From Proteobacteria bacterium DTSAM18 (GTDB lineage: Bacteria > Myxococcota_A > UBA796 > GCA-2862545): a DNA stretch of 64,000 bases. The stretch spans positions 259,580 to 323,579 of the forward strand of contig JARACJ010000006.1 in assembly GCA_028767165.1 (NCBI GenBank). Reading direction: 5' to 3'. Under the pieces are notes generated by a model that saw only the letters and a program-made list of their open reading frames with translations, did no database searches and was not told the DNA's origin. Shown here one piece after another: positions 39,663 to 50,309 of the stretch (position 1 is the first letter of the stretch; every line of letters starts with the position of its first letter). Made by a program: the position numbers and the translations under genes.

Positions 39663-40838
39663 GTGTTCCAGACGCGTCGACATGGCCGGACGGCGGCATG
39701 GGGTCTGCTCGGAGCGCTCGCCGCAGCCTGCCAGACCGGCTGGCACCCGGACGACCAGGCCGGCCTCACCCACATGCGGCGCGTGCTGCAGCCCGATGCC
39801 GACGGCCAGATCTCCTTCACGGTGCCGGTCGCGTCCTCCCACGACGCCCTCCTGCTCACGTTGCGCACGGCCGACGGCGACACCGCCTTCTTCCACCGGC
39901 TGCGGCGCCCCTCCGGTGGGGCGGTCCTCGACGCGCAGGCGTGGTGGGATGTCCCCCTGAGGCGGCAGGACTCGGTGTTCCCCACCGTCGACCCCACCCT
40001 GGTCTGGCCCGCCGCCCCCGGTGACGAACCGCTGACGCCCGGAGACTGGACGGTCGAGGCCCGTGTCGAGGGCGTCCATGGCCCCGTCATCGCCGAGGCG
40101 ACCCTTCGCCCTCGAGCGCCCGAAACCGAGCGAGCGCTCCGGGTCGTGGTGTGGCTGGACCAGGACCTGGTGCCCACCGACCCGGCCTGGGTCCACACGG
40201 ATCAGGCGGTCGCGTTCTGGCGCGACGAGCTGTTCGGACCCTTCGGCGTGAACCTGCAGGTCGAGGTACGCCAGCACCCCCTTCCGGCCCTCCTCCCCGA
40301 TCCCGCGGACGACGGCGCCGAGCTGTACGACACGCTGTCGTGGAAGGTGCCCCTCGACACCCTCAACGTCGTGATCGGGGACGCGATCGACGGGCAGGCG
40401 CCAGAACGGGTGCGCGGACGATCCGGCGGGCTGCCAGGTCCCCTGGCACCGTCCCGCCGGCGGGCCGTCGTGGTCGCCCTCGACGAGCTGTCGGGCGCAG
40501 ACGACACGCTCGACGCGGGCGACGTACCGGCCCTCGCCCAGACCCTCGCCCACGAGGTGGGCCACTTCCTCGGACTGTTCCACCCCGCCGAACCCCCCTG
40601 TGCCGACCTCGAAGGCCAGGTCTGCGACGAGGACGTCGACCCCGTGACCGCGTGGGACGCCCTGCCGGACACCGAGGACTGCACCACCTGGGTGGACTGC
40701 ATGGCGGCGCTGGGCGACAATCTCATGTTCCCCCACACCCTGTGCGAGACCCCCGGGGAGGTCTCCACCTGCCGCGAGCAGCACGGACTCACCGAAGATC
40801 AGCTCACCGTCCTGATGCGCCACGCGGCCTACCACTGA
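39663..40838 (+). CDS. Secreted metzincin-type zinc metalloprotease lipoprotein
   Basis: Lipobox 'LAAAC' and zinc motif 'HEVGHFLGLFH' (HExxHxxGxxH). Cys-rich C-terminus. Confidence 0.6.
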   Translation: MFQTRRHGRTAAWGLLGALAAACQTGWHPDDQAGLTHMRRVLQPDADGQISFTVPVASSHDALLLTLRTADGDTAFFHRLRRPSGGAVLDAQAWWDVPLRRQDSVFPTVDPTLVWPAAPGDEPLTPGDWTVEARVEGVHGPVIAEATLRPRAPETERALRVVVWLDQDLVPTDPAWVHTDQAVAFWRDELFGPFGVNLQVEVRQHPLPALLPDPADDGAELYDTLSWKVPLDTLNVVIGDAIDGQAPERVRGRSGGLPGPLAPSRRRAVVVALDELSGADDTLDAGDVPALAQTLAHEVGHFLGLFHPAEPPCADLEGQVCDEDVDPVTAWDALPDTEDCTTWVDCMAALGDNLMFPHTLCETPGEVSTCREQHGLTEDQLTVLMRHAAYH

Positions 40839-40845
40839 GGCGGCC

Positions 40846-42612
40846 TTGCACCCGATCGATCTGACCGTCCTCGTCACATGGCTCGTGCTCAGCGTGGGAG
40901 CAGGCATCTGGGCCGGTCGCCGCAGCAGCCACACCGCCGAGGGCTTCTTCGCCGCCGATCGCAGCCTGCCCTGGTGGGTCGTGGGCACCTCCATGGTGGC
41001 CACCACCTTCGCCGCGGACACGCCCCTCGTGGTCAGCGGCCTCGTGGTCAGCCGGGGCATCGTGGGCAACTGGACCTGGTGGTGGCTCGGTGCCGCCGGC
41101 CTCGCATCGGTGTTCCTGTTCGCCCACCTGTGGCGACGCGCGCAGGTGCTCACCGATGCCGAGCTCACCGAGCTGCGCTACTCCGGCCCCCCCGCCGCCT
41201 TCCTGCGTGGGCTCAAGGCGGTGTGGTTCGGCGGACTGATGAACATCCTCACCATCGCGTGGGTCATGGGCGCCATGTCCAAGGTGCTCGCCGTGGTGCT
41301 CGACCTGCCCCCCACCCTGCTCGGCCTGCCCAGCGCCCAGGCCGTCGTGCTCGGGTTGTTCCTGCTCACGGTGGTGTACACCACCGCCTCCGGCCTGTTC
41401 GGCGTGGTCGCCACCGACGTCATCCAGTTCGTCGTGGCCATGCTGGGCTCCATCACCCTCGCGGCCCTCGCCTGGGTACGGGTGGGAGGTGCCGAAGGGC
41501 TGAGCGAGGCCCTCACCACCGCCGGCTTCACCCCATCCAACCACCTCACCCTGTGGCCCACCTTCGAGGGCGGCTGGTCGTCCGACGGCGCCCTCGTGGG
41601 CACGGTGCTGCTCATCACCTGGTGGGGCAGCAAGCAGATCGACGGCGGCGGCTACCTCGCCCAGCGCCTGTTCGCCGCGAAGGACGAACGCCACGCCACC
41701 CTGTCGTACCTGTGGTTCACGGTGGCCAACCTGTGCCTGCGCCCCTGGCCGTGGATCATGGTGGGCCTCGTGGGCATGGCCCTGCTCGGCCCCCTCGACG
41801 ATCCCGAGCGCTACTACCCGGCGATGATGCAGGAGCTGCTGCCGCCAGGACTCTTCGGCCTGCTGCTCGCCTCGTTCCTCGCGGCCTTCATGTCCACCAT
41901 CGACACCCAGCTCAACTGGGGCAGCTCCGTGCTCACCCGCGACCTGGTGGTCCGGTTCTGGCGCCCGCGAGCCACCACCGGCGACCAGGTCACCATCGGC
42001 CGGCTCGTGATCCTCACGCTGGCGGCGGTGGGTGCCGCGGCCTCGATGTACATCGACTCCCTGCGCGGTGCCTGGGAGCTGGCGTTCTCGGTCACGGCCG
42101 GACTCGGCACGGTCTACATCGCGCGCTGGTACTGGTGGCGCACCAACGCCTACAGCGAGCTCACCGCGATGATCGTGGCGGCCGTGGGCACGTTCACGCT
42201 GCCCGTGATCATCGGCTCGACGGGATGGTTCCCGCCCGAGTGGGCGCGGTTCCCGTTCAACGCGGCCATCATCACGCTGGTGGGGCTGCCCATCTGGATC
42301 GGCGTCACCCTCGCCACCCGGCCCACCGAGCGTTCCGTGCTGGACCACTTCCAGGCGCTCGTGCACCCGGGCGGACCGGGCTGGCGGCGGTTGTATCCCG
42401 ACGCCCCGTCCCTGAAGGGCGTCGGCCTGCGCATCCTCGTCGGATCCATCGCCGTGTACGGCGTGTTGATGGGCACGGGGATGGTCATCCTCGGGCCGGT
42501 GTGGCCCGGCCTGGCGGTGCTCGCCGCCGCCACCCTGCTCGGGCTGTGGATCCTCCCCAGGCTACCGATGCCCCGTGAGCAGCAAGCGCCTCCCGAGGTC
42601 CGGAGCGCGTAG
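40846..42612 (+). CDS. Sodium:solute symporter family (SSS) transporter
   Basis: 13+ TM helices and SSS-family conservation ('GFFAADRSLPWWVVGTSMVATTFAADTP'). Confidence 0.8.
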   Translation: MHPIDLTVLVTWLVLSVGAGIWAGRRSSHTAEGFFAADRSLPWWVVGTSMVATTFAADTPLVVSGLVVSRGIVGNWTWWWLGAAGLASVFLFAHLWRRAQVLTDAELTELRYSGPPAAFLRGLKAVWFGGLMNILTIAWVMGAMSKVLAVVLDLPPTLLGLPSAQAVVLGLFLLTVVYTTASGLFGVVATDVIQFVVAMLGSITLAALAWVRVGGAEGLSEALTTAGFTPSNHLTLWPTFEGGWSSDGALVGTVLLITWWGSKQIDGGGYLAQRLFAAKDERHATLSYLWFTVANLCLRPWPWIMVGLVGMALLGPLDDPERYYPAMMQELLPPGLFGLLLASFLAAFMSTIDTQLNWGSSVLTRDLVVRFWRPRATTGDQVTIGRLVILTLAAVGAAASMYIDSLRGAWELAFSVTAGLGTVYIARWYWWRTNAYSELTAMIVAAVGTFTLPVIIGSTGWFPPEWARFPFNAAIITLVGLPIWIGVTLATRPTERSVLDHFQALVHPGGPGWRRLYPDAPSLKGVGLRILVGSIAVYGVLMGTGMVILGPVWPGLAVLAAATLLGLWILPRLPMPREQQAPPEVRSA

Positions 42613-42681
42613 GGGGAGCCGGGGCACGCCGATCACACCCGGTGGCCCCGATCCGACAGGAACGACGAAGAGGAGGCGCGG

Positions 42682-43296
42682 ATGTGGTGGTGGCTGGTGA
42701 TGGCAGTGGCGGGTGGCGCCGAGGAGTACAGCGCGACGATCGCGGAGATCGACGCGCCCACCGCACAAGCCATGCGCGGCGTCAGCCTGCCGGAGGGGTG
42801 CCCCACCGCCCTCGAGGACCTCGTCGTGTTGAAGGTCGCCCACCACGACTTCGAGGGAGGGCGACAGATGGGCACGCTCATCGTGGCCCGGAGCGAGGCC
42901 GAGGGCCTGCGGGAGGTGTTCCGGCAGCTGTACGAGGCCGGCTACCCCATCGAGCGGATGCGGCCCGCACACACCTACGACGGCTCCGACGCGGCGATGA
43001 TGGCCGACAACAACACCTCCGCGTTCAACTGCCGCAAGACCACATCCGGCTCCAGGTGGTCCGAACACAGCTACGGCACGGCCCTCGACCTCAACCCCGC
43101 CTACAATCCCTACGTGCGCGGTGAGACCGTCCTACCAGCGCGTGCCCGGCCCTGGGCCGATCGTACGGCCGAGCACCCGGCGCTGATCCACGCAGGCGAC
43201 CCCGTGGTGACCGCCTTCGCAGGAGTGGGCTGGCGGTGGGGCGGCCTGTGGCGCAGTATCAAGGACTTCCAGCACTTCTCGCGATCCGGGCGCTGA
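42682..43296 (+). CDS. Peptidase M15-family (VanY/D-Ala-D-Ala carboxypeptidase-like) protein
   Basis: 'SEHSYGTALDLN' zinc-ligand motif of the M15/Hedgehog-DD-peptidase fold. Confidence 0.55.
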   Translation: MWWWLVMAVAGGAEEYSATIAEIDAPTAQAMRGVSLPEGCPTALEDLVVLKVAHHDFEGGRQMGTLIVARSEAEGLREVFRQLYEAGYPIERMRPAHTYDGSDAAMMADNNTSAFNCRKTTSGSRWSEHSYGTALDLNPAYNPYVRGETVLPARARPWADRTAEHPALIHAGDPVVTAFAGVGWRWGGLWRSIKDFQHFSRSGR

Positions 43297-43333
43297 AGAC
43301 CTGGGTGGTGCCCCGGCCGTTTTGACGTGATCG

Positions 43334-45202
43334 TTGTCGCGGTGTCCTCTACAATCGAGGGGACCGGCCACCGCGCCCGCCCCAGACGTCCGCATGCACT
43401 TTCCCACCTTCCTGGCCTGGCTGGATCCGAAGCGACTCACCACCTTGTGGGCCGACGTGGGCATCGATCCGGACATGGCGGAGCCGCTGGCGCGAAGGGT
43501 TCGCCTGAACAACAGGCTGTGCGTGGCGGATGCCCTCACCGGTGTCGTCGTGCTCCCCCTGGCATACGCGAACGGCGTCACGGGGTTTCCCCTCGGGCTT
43601 GCGCTGCTCGCCTACTGCGCCCTGCTCATCGGCCCGCTCCTGTCCGCGAGCGGGCTGCACACCCTCGCTCGCATCGTCCCAGGCGTCTTCGCGTCCGGCA
43701 CCGTCGCCCTCTTCGTGTTCATGCTGGGCCGCGAGGCCCACATCGAGCTGCTGCTCCTGAACACCCTGGCCGCTCGCTACCTCGTGTTCGGCCCGAAGGA
43801 GCCCGGCCGGCTCGCCGCCCTCGCCGTGCCAGCCCTCACCTTCATGGGGCTGCTGGTCTTCCAGGCCTTCCCCGACCTCTACGACAACATCGGCGCGATC
43901 CACAGGGTGAACGGCACACCCGAGGTCGATCGCCTTCGGATCTCGTACTTCTGGTACCTGATCATCGCCTTCGACGTGGCCTGGCAGCTGTACAACCGGG
44001 GCAGCTTCCTCGCCTCGGAAGCCGATCACTCCGTCGACTCCATCCGCACCGCACGCGACGAGGCCGTGGCGGCGACCCAGGCCAAGTCCCGGTTCCTCGC
44101 CACGATGTCCCACGAGCTGCGCACCCCGGCCGCCGGGGTCATCGGACTGCTCGATCTGGTCGACCGGTCGGGCCTCGACGAAGAACAGCAGCAGAACCTC
44201 GACGATGCCGGCCTGTGCGCCGAGTACCTGCTGGGGCTCGTCGAAGACCTCCTCGACGTCTCCCGCATGGAGGCCCAGAGCCTGCAGCTGCTGCCCACGC
44301 CCACCAACGTCCACGACGTGGCACGTCAGGCCATCCACCTGGTCGAGTCGAGCGCCGCCCACAAGGGCCTGCTCACCCAGCTCGATGTGCGGGTCTCCCA
44401 CCCCTGGCGCATCGTCGACGCCCGACGGCTCCGCCAGATCCTGCTCAACCTGCTCACGAACGCGGTGAAGTTCTCCCACCGGGGCACCATCTGCCTCACC
44501 GTGGACGACACCCCGGGCGGCCTGGTGTTCAAGATCGTCGACGAGGGGATCGGGATCTCCCACGACGACCTGCAGCGCATCTTCGACTTCTTCGTGCAGG
44601 CCGACTCCGAGCTGTCCCGCTCCTACGGTGGCCTGGGGCTCGGTCTGACCATCGCCCGCTCCCTCACCGCCGCGATGGGAGGCCGCCTCGAGGTCACGAG
44701 CGAGGTGGATCTCGGCTCGTGCTTCTCGGTCTACCTGCCCCTGCAGGTGGTCGAAGCCCCTGCCCCGCCGCCGCCGCCGGATACCCCCTCGAACGACCAA
44801 CGGCAGCTCCACGTGATGCTGGTGGACGACAACCCGGTCAACCTCAAGGTCATGGGCGCCTACCTGCAGCAGCTGGGCCACCAGGTGATCACGGCCACCG
44901 ATGGCGTCGATGCCGTCGACGCGGCCCGCAACCACGACTTCGACGTCATCCTGATGGACCTCCTGCTGCCCCGGATGGACGGCATGGAAGCCACCCGCAC
45001 CATCCGTGGCTGGAAGGGCCCCAAGGGCCGCGTGCCGATCATCGCCATCACGGCATCCGTGCACTCCTCGGAGTTCGGTGCCGCCCATCGGGCCGGGATG
45101 AACCAGCTGCTCACCAAGCCGGTGCGCAAGGAAGACATCGACAAGGCCATCAAGGGCGTGCTGCAGAGTGGTGTGCCGGAACCCTCGCTGGCGCGGGCGT
45201 AG
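43334..45202 (+). CDS. Hybrid sensor histidine kinase with a membrane sensor region, HisKA, HATPase_c and a C-terminal receiver domain
   Basis: H-box 'RFLATMSHELRTP', N/G boxes and REC 'HVMLVDDNPVNL...DVILMDLLLPRMDG'. An alternative start at 43394 (MHFPTF) is possible. Confidence 0.8.
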   Translation: MSRCPLQSRGPATAPAPDVRMHFPTFLAWLDPKRLTTLWADVGIDPDMAEPLARRVRLNNRLCVADALTGVVVLPLAYANGVTGFPLGLALLAYCALLIGPLLSASGLHTLARIVPGVFASGTVALFVFMLGREAHIELLLLNTLAARYLVFGPKEPGRLAALAVPALTFMGLLVFQAFPDLYDNIGAIHRVNGTPEVDRLRISYFWYLIIAFDVAWQLYNRGSFLASEADHSVDSIRTARDEAVAATQAKSRFLATMSHELRTPAAGVIGLLDLVDRSGLDEEQQQNLDDAGLCAEYLLGLVEDLLDVSRMEAQSLQLLPTPTNVHDVARQAIHLVESSAAHKGLLTQLDVRVSHPWRIVDARRLRQILLNLLTNAVKFSHRGTICLTVDDTPGGLVFKIVDEGIGISHDDLQRIFDFFVQADSELSRSYGGLGLGLTIARSLTAAMGGRLEVTSEVDLGSCFSVYLPLQVVEAPAPPPPPDTPSNDQRQLHVMLVDDNPVNLKVMGAYLQQLGHQVITATDGVDAVDAARNHDFDVILMDLLLPRMDGMEATRTIRGWKGPKGRVPIIAITASVHSSEFGAAHRAGMNQLLTKPVRKEDIDKAIKGVLQSGVPEPSLARA

Positions 45203-45244
45203 GCGGCCCGTTGCGACCCGGCACGGTCGGGTCTCCGTCGCTTC

Positions 45245-45452
45245 AGGGGTCGTGTACAGGAGTCCACTTCCCCCCTTGCTCCTCGCCCCGCCCGCACCGG
45301 GACGCAACTGGCCTCCGGTGTGCGGCTGAAGGGATTCCCTGGGATGGCTTTCGCGGCCTTGCGGCCTGGGAGGGCTGAGGCGGGGCGGTTGTCGGGGCGG
45401 GGCGCTCGGGACCGGTCGTGGACCCCGATCCTTCGTCGCTTCGCTCCTCGTC
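45245..45452. repeat. Dispersed intergenic repeat element, copy 2 (inverted relative to copies 1 and 3)
   Basis: Reverse complement aligns at ~85% identity to 52976-53175. Confidence 0.7.
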
Positions 45453-45592
45453 TCGCCGGCCACGATCGGTCCCTCGGGTCGACGACGTGAGTCGTGCCCT
45501 CCTCCACACACCCTTTGCCCGGCCCCATTGGCCCGCCGGCCGCTCGTCGCTTAAAGGCCCCCCGTTTGACCCGCACTCGAGGAGTCCTCACC

Positions 45593-46639
45593 ATGGAACT
45601 GACCATCCGCCGCCCTGATGACTGGCACCTTCACCTCCGTGACGACGCCACTCTCGCCAGCGTGCTGCCCTACACCTCCAAGGTGTTCGGTCGGGCCATC
45701 GTGATGCCCAACCTCAAGCCCCCGGTGCGCAACCTGGCCGACGCCGCCGCCTACCGGGAGCGCATCCTCGCCGCGCTGCCCGAGGGCCACGCCTTCGAGC
45801 CGCTGATGACGCTGTACCTCACCGACGTCACCACCCCCGACGACATCCGCGAGGCGGCCGCTTCCGGCTTCGTCGTGGCCTGCAAGCTGTACCCCGCCGG
45901 CGCCACCACCAACTCCGACGCCGGTGTCACCGACATCGCCGGCCTCGACGACGTGCTGGCCACCATGGCCGAAGTGGGCATGCTCCTGCTCGTCCACGGC
46001 GAGGTCACCCACGGCGAGGTCGACATCTTCGACCGCGAGGCACGGTTCATCGAGCAGGTGCTCACCCCCATCGTGGCCCGTCACCCCACGCTCAAGGTGG
46101 TGCTCGAGCACATCACCACCGCCGAGGCCGTCGCCTTCGTGCGCCAGGCGCCCCCGACCGTGGCCGCCACGATCACGGCCCACCACCTGCTGCTGAACCG
46201 CAACGCCATCTTCGAGGGCGGCATCAACCCTCACCACTACTGCCTGCCGATCCTCAAGCGCGAACGGCACCGCAAGGCCCTGGTCGATGCCGCCACCTCC
46301 GGCTCGGCCCGCTTCTTCCTCGGCACCGATTCGGCCCCCCACGCCGTCGAGGCCAAGGAGTCCGCCTGCGGCTGCGCCGGCATGTTCACCGCGCCCAACG
46401 CGCTGGAGCTGTATGCCGAGGTCTTCGAGGCCGAGGGCGCCCTCGACAAGCTCGAAGGCTTCGCGTCGGAATTCGGTCCCGCCTTCTACGGCCTTCCGGC
46501 CAACGAGGGCACCGTCACCCTGGTGAAGGGCGAGCAGGCCATCCCTGCCAGCCTTCCCATGGGCGACAGCGTGGTGGTTCCCTTCCGCGCCGGTGGCACC
46601 ACGTCCTGGACCGTCGCCAGCGTCGACGCCACTCGCTGA
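45593..46639 (+). CDS. pyrC: Dihydroorotase (type II, E. coli-like)
   Basis: 'DDWHLHLRD' metal ligands and family-wide conservation. GAGGAG RBS. Confidence 0.85.
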   Translation: MELTIRRPDDWHLHLRDDATLASVLPYTSKVFGRAIVMPNLKPPVRNLADAAAYRERILAALPEGHAFEPLMTLYLTDVTTPDDIREAAASGFVVACKLYPAGATTNSDAGVTDIAGLDDVLATMAEVGMLLLVHGEVTHGEVDIFDREARFIEQVLTPIVARHPTLKVVLEHITTAEAVAFVRQAPPTVAATITAHHLLLNRNAIFEGGINPHHYCLPILKRERHRKALVDAATSGSARFFLGTDSAPHAVEAKESACGCAGMFTAPNALELYAEVFEAEGALDKLEGFASEFGPAFYGLPANEGTVTLVKGEQAIPASLPMGDSVVVPFRAGGTTSWTVASVDATR

Positions 46640-46722
46640 GAACATCGTTCCTTCCCCGGATCCTTTGAGATCCGGGGCGCCTGTTGTACCTTCTCTCGCC
46701 CGAGTCCGAGAGGAGGCACGAC

Positions 46723-47565
46723 ATGCACCGCACCATCCTGGCCGCCACCCTGCTGCTGGGGGCCTGCACCATCGAGGAGGCCCCCGAGGCCCTCGGTGAG
46801 CCCACCATCAAGCTGTTCACCCACTTCGACGACGACGAAGCGCTGGTGGGCGAGTACCTGTACAACCTCGAGGACTTCATCCTCACCCTCGACCTCGAGG
46901 GCGAGCTGAACGATCGCACCTTCTCCCCCGCGGTCATGACCCCGGACGACGTGGGCAGCGTGCCCTTCCCCGAGGGCGAGGATCCCGAGAAGCAGGCCGC
47001 CGTGGCCGTAGCCGGGATCAGCCAGCACCCCGTCCAGGCCCACATCGAGCTCGCCACCGAGCCCAACCAGGTGTGCATCGAGTCGGGCTCCACGGTGTAC
47101 TACGAGCGCACCTTCACCTCGGACGTCGACTGCTTCGTCGAGGGCACCTGCGACCTGCTCACCAGCACCAACGAGGTCCGCAAGGAGACCATCTCCAAGG
47201 TCTGGTACGACCTGTCCAAGGACTTCCGGCGGATCACCCTGTCCGATGGTCGTGAGGCCCTGCTCGCCCGCTCCTGGCAGGAGGGCGTCTACTTCGCCGA
47301 CAACGGCAAGGACACCATGAACCAGACCTTCACGGTCGAGGTGTGGCTGCCCAGCACCGAGGACGAGAACGTCACGCTCCGCTACTACGCCATGTGGCTC
47401 GCCGCCGACATGCTCGTGAGCGACCCCAACATCATCGGCGGACTCGTGAAGTCCGGTATCGACGAAGGATATGCATTCAGCGAGGCATTCCTGAGCGGAG
47501 AAGAGGGAGACTGCAAGAACGATCGAGACCGCGCGTACGATCGTCCTGACCCTGCCGAGGAGTGA
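46723..47565 (+). CDS. Hypothetical lipoprotein. First gene of a four-gene cluster.
   Basis: Lipobox 'LLLGAC' and a GAGAGGAGG RBS. Confidence 0.5.
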   Translation: MHRTILAATLLLGACTIEEAPEALGEPTIKLFTHFDDDEALVGEYLYNLEDFILTLDLEGELNDRTFSPAVMTPDDVGSVPFPEGEDPEKQAAVAVAGISQHPVQAHIELATEPNQVCIESGSTVYYERTFTSDVDCFVEGTCDLLTSTNEVRKETISKVWYDLSKDFRRITLSDGREALLARSWQEGVYFADNGKDTMNQTFTVEVWLPSTEDENVTLRYYAMWLAADMLVSDPNIIGGLVKSGIDEGYAFSEAFLSGEEGDCKNDRDRAYDRPDPAEE

Positions 47566-47568
47566 TCC

Positions 47569-49491
47569 ATGGGTGCCAGGTCCCGTCTGCCCGTCTGGGC
47601 GTTGCTCATCCCCCTCGTCACCTTCGCCTGCAAGGACGATGACGACGACGACGGGACCACCCCCTCCGACACCGAGGAAACCGACACCGACGTCCCCGAG
47701 ATCACCTGCAACGAGCGCGACGAGCTCCGCAGGCCGTTCTTCGGCGAGACCCACGCCCACACGAGCCTCAGCCTGGATGCCAACCTGCAGGGCATCCGCG
47801 AGGACCCGACCAGCGCCTATGCCTACGCGCAGGGCGCCGACCTCGACCTGCCGCCCTACATCGACGGCGTCGCCCAGCGCACGATCAACATCGGTCGTCC
47901 CCTCGACTGGGTGGCCCTGAGCGACCACTCCGAGTTCCTCGGCAGCGTCCAGAGCTGCACCGACCCCACCTGGGAGCTGTACGACGCCCCGGAGTGCGTG
48001 GAGTACCGGGAGGATCCGGACGTCGCCTTCGTCCGGTTCAACATCCACACCGCGCTCGCCCAGGATCGCGTCCGCTACCCCTCGATGTGCGGCGACGACG
48101 GCGCCCTGTGTGCCGACGCCCAGGTCGTCGGCTGGCAGAAGATCCAGGAGGCCGCCGAGGCCGCCCAGGACCGCACCGAGGCCTGCAGCTTCACCACCTT
48201 CGTCGGCTACGAGTGGTCCGGCGGCCCCTCCACCCGCAACCTGCACCGCAACGTCATCTTCAAGAACGCCCACGTGCCCGACTGGCCCACCTCGTACTTC
48301 GACGAGCCCTACGAAGACGGCCTGTGGGACGCCCTGCAGCGCGACTGCCGCGACCAGCCCCCCTGCGACGTCCTCACGATCAGCCACAACAGCAACCTGT
48401 CCGACGGCATCATGTTCCCCGAGCTGGGATCCGAGGAGATGACCGCCGAGTACGCCGCCGCCCGCAACGACTTCGAGCCCCTCGTGGAGGTCTACCAGCA
48501 CAAGGGCGACAGCGAGTGCTGGGAGGGCGCCCCGGGCAACGACGAGATGTGCTCCTTCGAGAAGGTGCCGTTCAACACGCTGTCCGGCTTCAACCAGGGC
48601 TTCCCCGGCATCCCCCAGCCGAGCGACTTCATCACGCCGATGATGGGAGAGGGGCTCGCGATCCAGGCCGCCCTCGGCGCCAACCCCTACCAGTTCGGGC
48701 TCATCGGCTCCACCGACACCCACCTCGCCGCTCCGGGCGCCGTGGACGAGCGGGGCTACCCGGGCCACGCCGGTGCCGGCCCCGCCAGCCGCGACGAGAT
48801 CCGTCCCGGCTTCTCCGACCTCATCTACGCCAGCCCCGGCGGCCTCGCGGTGGTGTGGGCCGAGCAGAACACGCGGCAGTCCCTGTTCGCCGCCATGGAG
48901 CGCAAGGAGGTCTACGGCACCAGCGGTCCGCGGATGATCCTGCGGGTGTTCGGCGGGGAGGATCTGCCCGAGGACATGTGCGACGGCGGCGGATTCGCGG
49001 CCACCGGCTACGCCGAGGGCGTGCCCATGGGCGGTGAGATCACCCCCGCCGGTGGCACCTTCCGCCTCGCGATCGACGCCAGCGCGGATCCGGGTACCGA
49101 GAGCATGCCGGGCACGCCGCTGCAGCGCCTGCAGGTCATCAAGGCGGAGCTGCAGGCCGACGGCGAGGTCGCCTTCACCACCTTGAACGTCGCCGGCGAT
49201 CCCGACAACGGCGCGTCGGTCGACCTCGACACCTGCGAGACCACCGGCGAGGGCTTCGCCAACCTGTGCACCGTGTGGACCGACCCGGACTACGACGCCA
49301 CCCGCCCCGCCTGGTACTACGTACGCGCCGTCGAGAACCCGTCGTGCCGATGGAGCACCTGGCAGTGCGTCGACGCCGGCATCACCTGTCCCACCGAAGA
49401 CGAGGACTTCGCAGACTGCTGCACCGACGTGGTCCCCAAGACCATCCAGGAGCGCGCCTGGTCCTCCCCCATCTGGATCCAGCCCGACTGA
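47569..49491 (+). CDS. DUF3604-family lipoprotein with a PHP-like metal-dependent fold
   Basis: Lipobox 'VTFAC', poly-Asp linker and the DUF3604 hallmark 'FFGETHAHTSLSLDA'. Confidence 0.6.
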   Translation: MGARSRLPVWALLIPLVTFACKDDDDDDGTTPSDTEETDTDVPEITCNERDELRRPFFGETHAHTSLSLDANLQGIREDPTSAYAYAQGADLDLPPYIDGVAQRTINIGRPLDWVALSDHSEFLGSVQSCTDPTWELYDAPECVEYREDPDVAFVRFNIHTALAQDRVRYPSMCGDDGALCADAQVVGWQKIQEAAEAAQDRTEACSFTTFVGYEWSGGPSTRNLHRNVIFKNAHVPDWPTSYFDEPYEDGLWDALQRDCRDQPPCDVLTISHNSNLSDGIMFPELGSEEMTAEYAAARNDFEPLVEVYQHKGDSECWEGAPGNDEMCSFEKVPFNTLSGFNQGFPGIPQPSDFITPMMGEGLAIQAALGANPYQFGLIGSTDTHLAAPGAVDERGYPGHAGAGPASRDEIRPGFSDLIYASPGGLAVVWAEQNTRQSLFAAMERKEVYGTSGPRMILRVFGGEDLPEDMCDGGGFAATGYAEGVPMGGEITPAGGTFRLAIDASADPGTESMPGTPLQRLQVIKAELQADGEVAFTTLNVAGDPDNGASVDLDTCETTGEGFANLCTVWTDPDYDATRPAWYYVRAVENPSCRWSTWQCVDAGITCPTEDEDFADCCTDVVPKTIQERAWSSPIWIQPD

Positions 49492-50309
49492 TGAAGCACC
49501 CGTTCCTCTTCATGCTCCTCGCCGGCGCCACCCTGTTCGGGGTGCAGCAGCTTCGCACGCCCACCGACCAGGCAGCCCGGGTCGTCACCGTCGCGCCCGG
49601 CCAGGGTCCCGACGACGCCATCCTCCTGGCCGAGGCGTACCGCCTGGGCTGGCACGAGACCGACCCCATCGTCGTCGGCCACCTGGTGCAGACCATGGGC
49701 TTCGCCCGCCCGGACGTCACCGAGCCCGCGCGGCTGATGGAGCTCGCCCACCAGACCGGCCTGAGCCGCAGCGACCACATGGTCCACGCACGGCTTCGGC
49801 AGCGGATGGAGGACACCCTGAAGGCCGGGGTCCCCACCCCCACAGAGGAACAGCTCGTGGCCTGGCGCGCGTCCCACATGGAGGACTTCCGCCAGGACGA
49901 CGCCATCGCCTTCTCCCAGTGGCTCGTCCCCCACGGTACGCCTCGACCCCCGGCCCTGGACGATCCGGAGCGTGCGCCACAGCACCTCCCCCCCGGTCTT
50001 CGCGCCGAGGAGTCCGGCAGCGTGCGCCGCCTGACCTCCCTGTACGGCGAGGCCTTCGTGCAGTCCCTTCCCGAGACGCCCACCGACGCGTGGATCGGGC
50101 CCGTTCCCACCCTGCACGGCGACCACTGGCTGAAGGTCACGAGCTACACCCCCGGCACGGTACCTCCGCTGTCGCGCATCCGGGCCAAGGTCGCGTCCGC
50201 CTGGACACGCCACCAGGAGCAGCTGCTGTTCGAGACCCGCCTGCAGGCGCTGCGGCAGGAGTGGCGGATCGTCAGCGAAGAGACCCTCGTGCAGCGGGAG
50301 GCCCCATGA
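49491..50309 (+). CDS. Hypothetical secreted protein
   Basis: Signal peptide 'MKHPFLFMLLAGATLFG'. The start overlaps the preceding stop (TGATG). Confidence 0.45.
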   Translation: MKHPFLFMLLAGATLFGVQQLRTPTDQAARVVTVAPGQGPDDAILLAEAYRLGWHETDPIVVGHLVQTMGFARPDVTEPARLMELAHQTGLSRSDHMVHARLRQRMEDTLKAGVPTPTEEQLVAWRASHMEDFRQDDAIAFSQWLVPHGTPRPPALDDPERAPQHLPPGLRAEESGSVRRLTSLYGEAFVQSLPETPTDAWIGPVPTLHGDHWLKVTSYTPGTVPPLSRIRAKVASAWTRHQEQLLFETRLQALRQEWRIVSEETLVQREAP

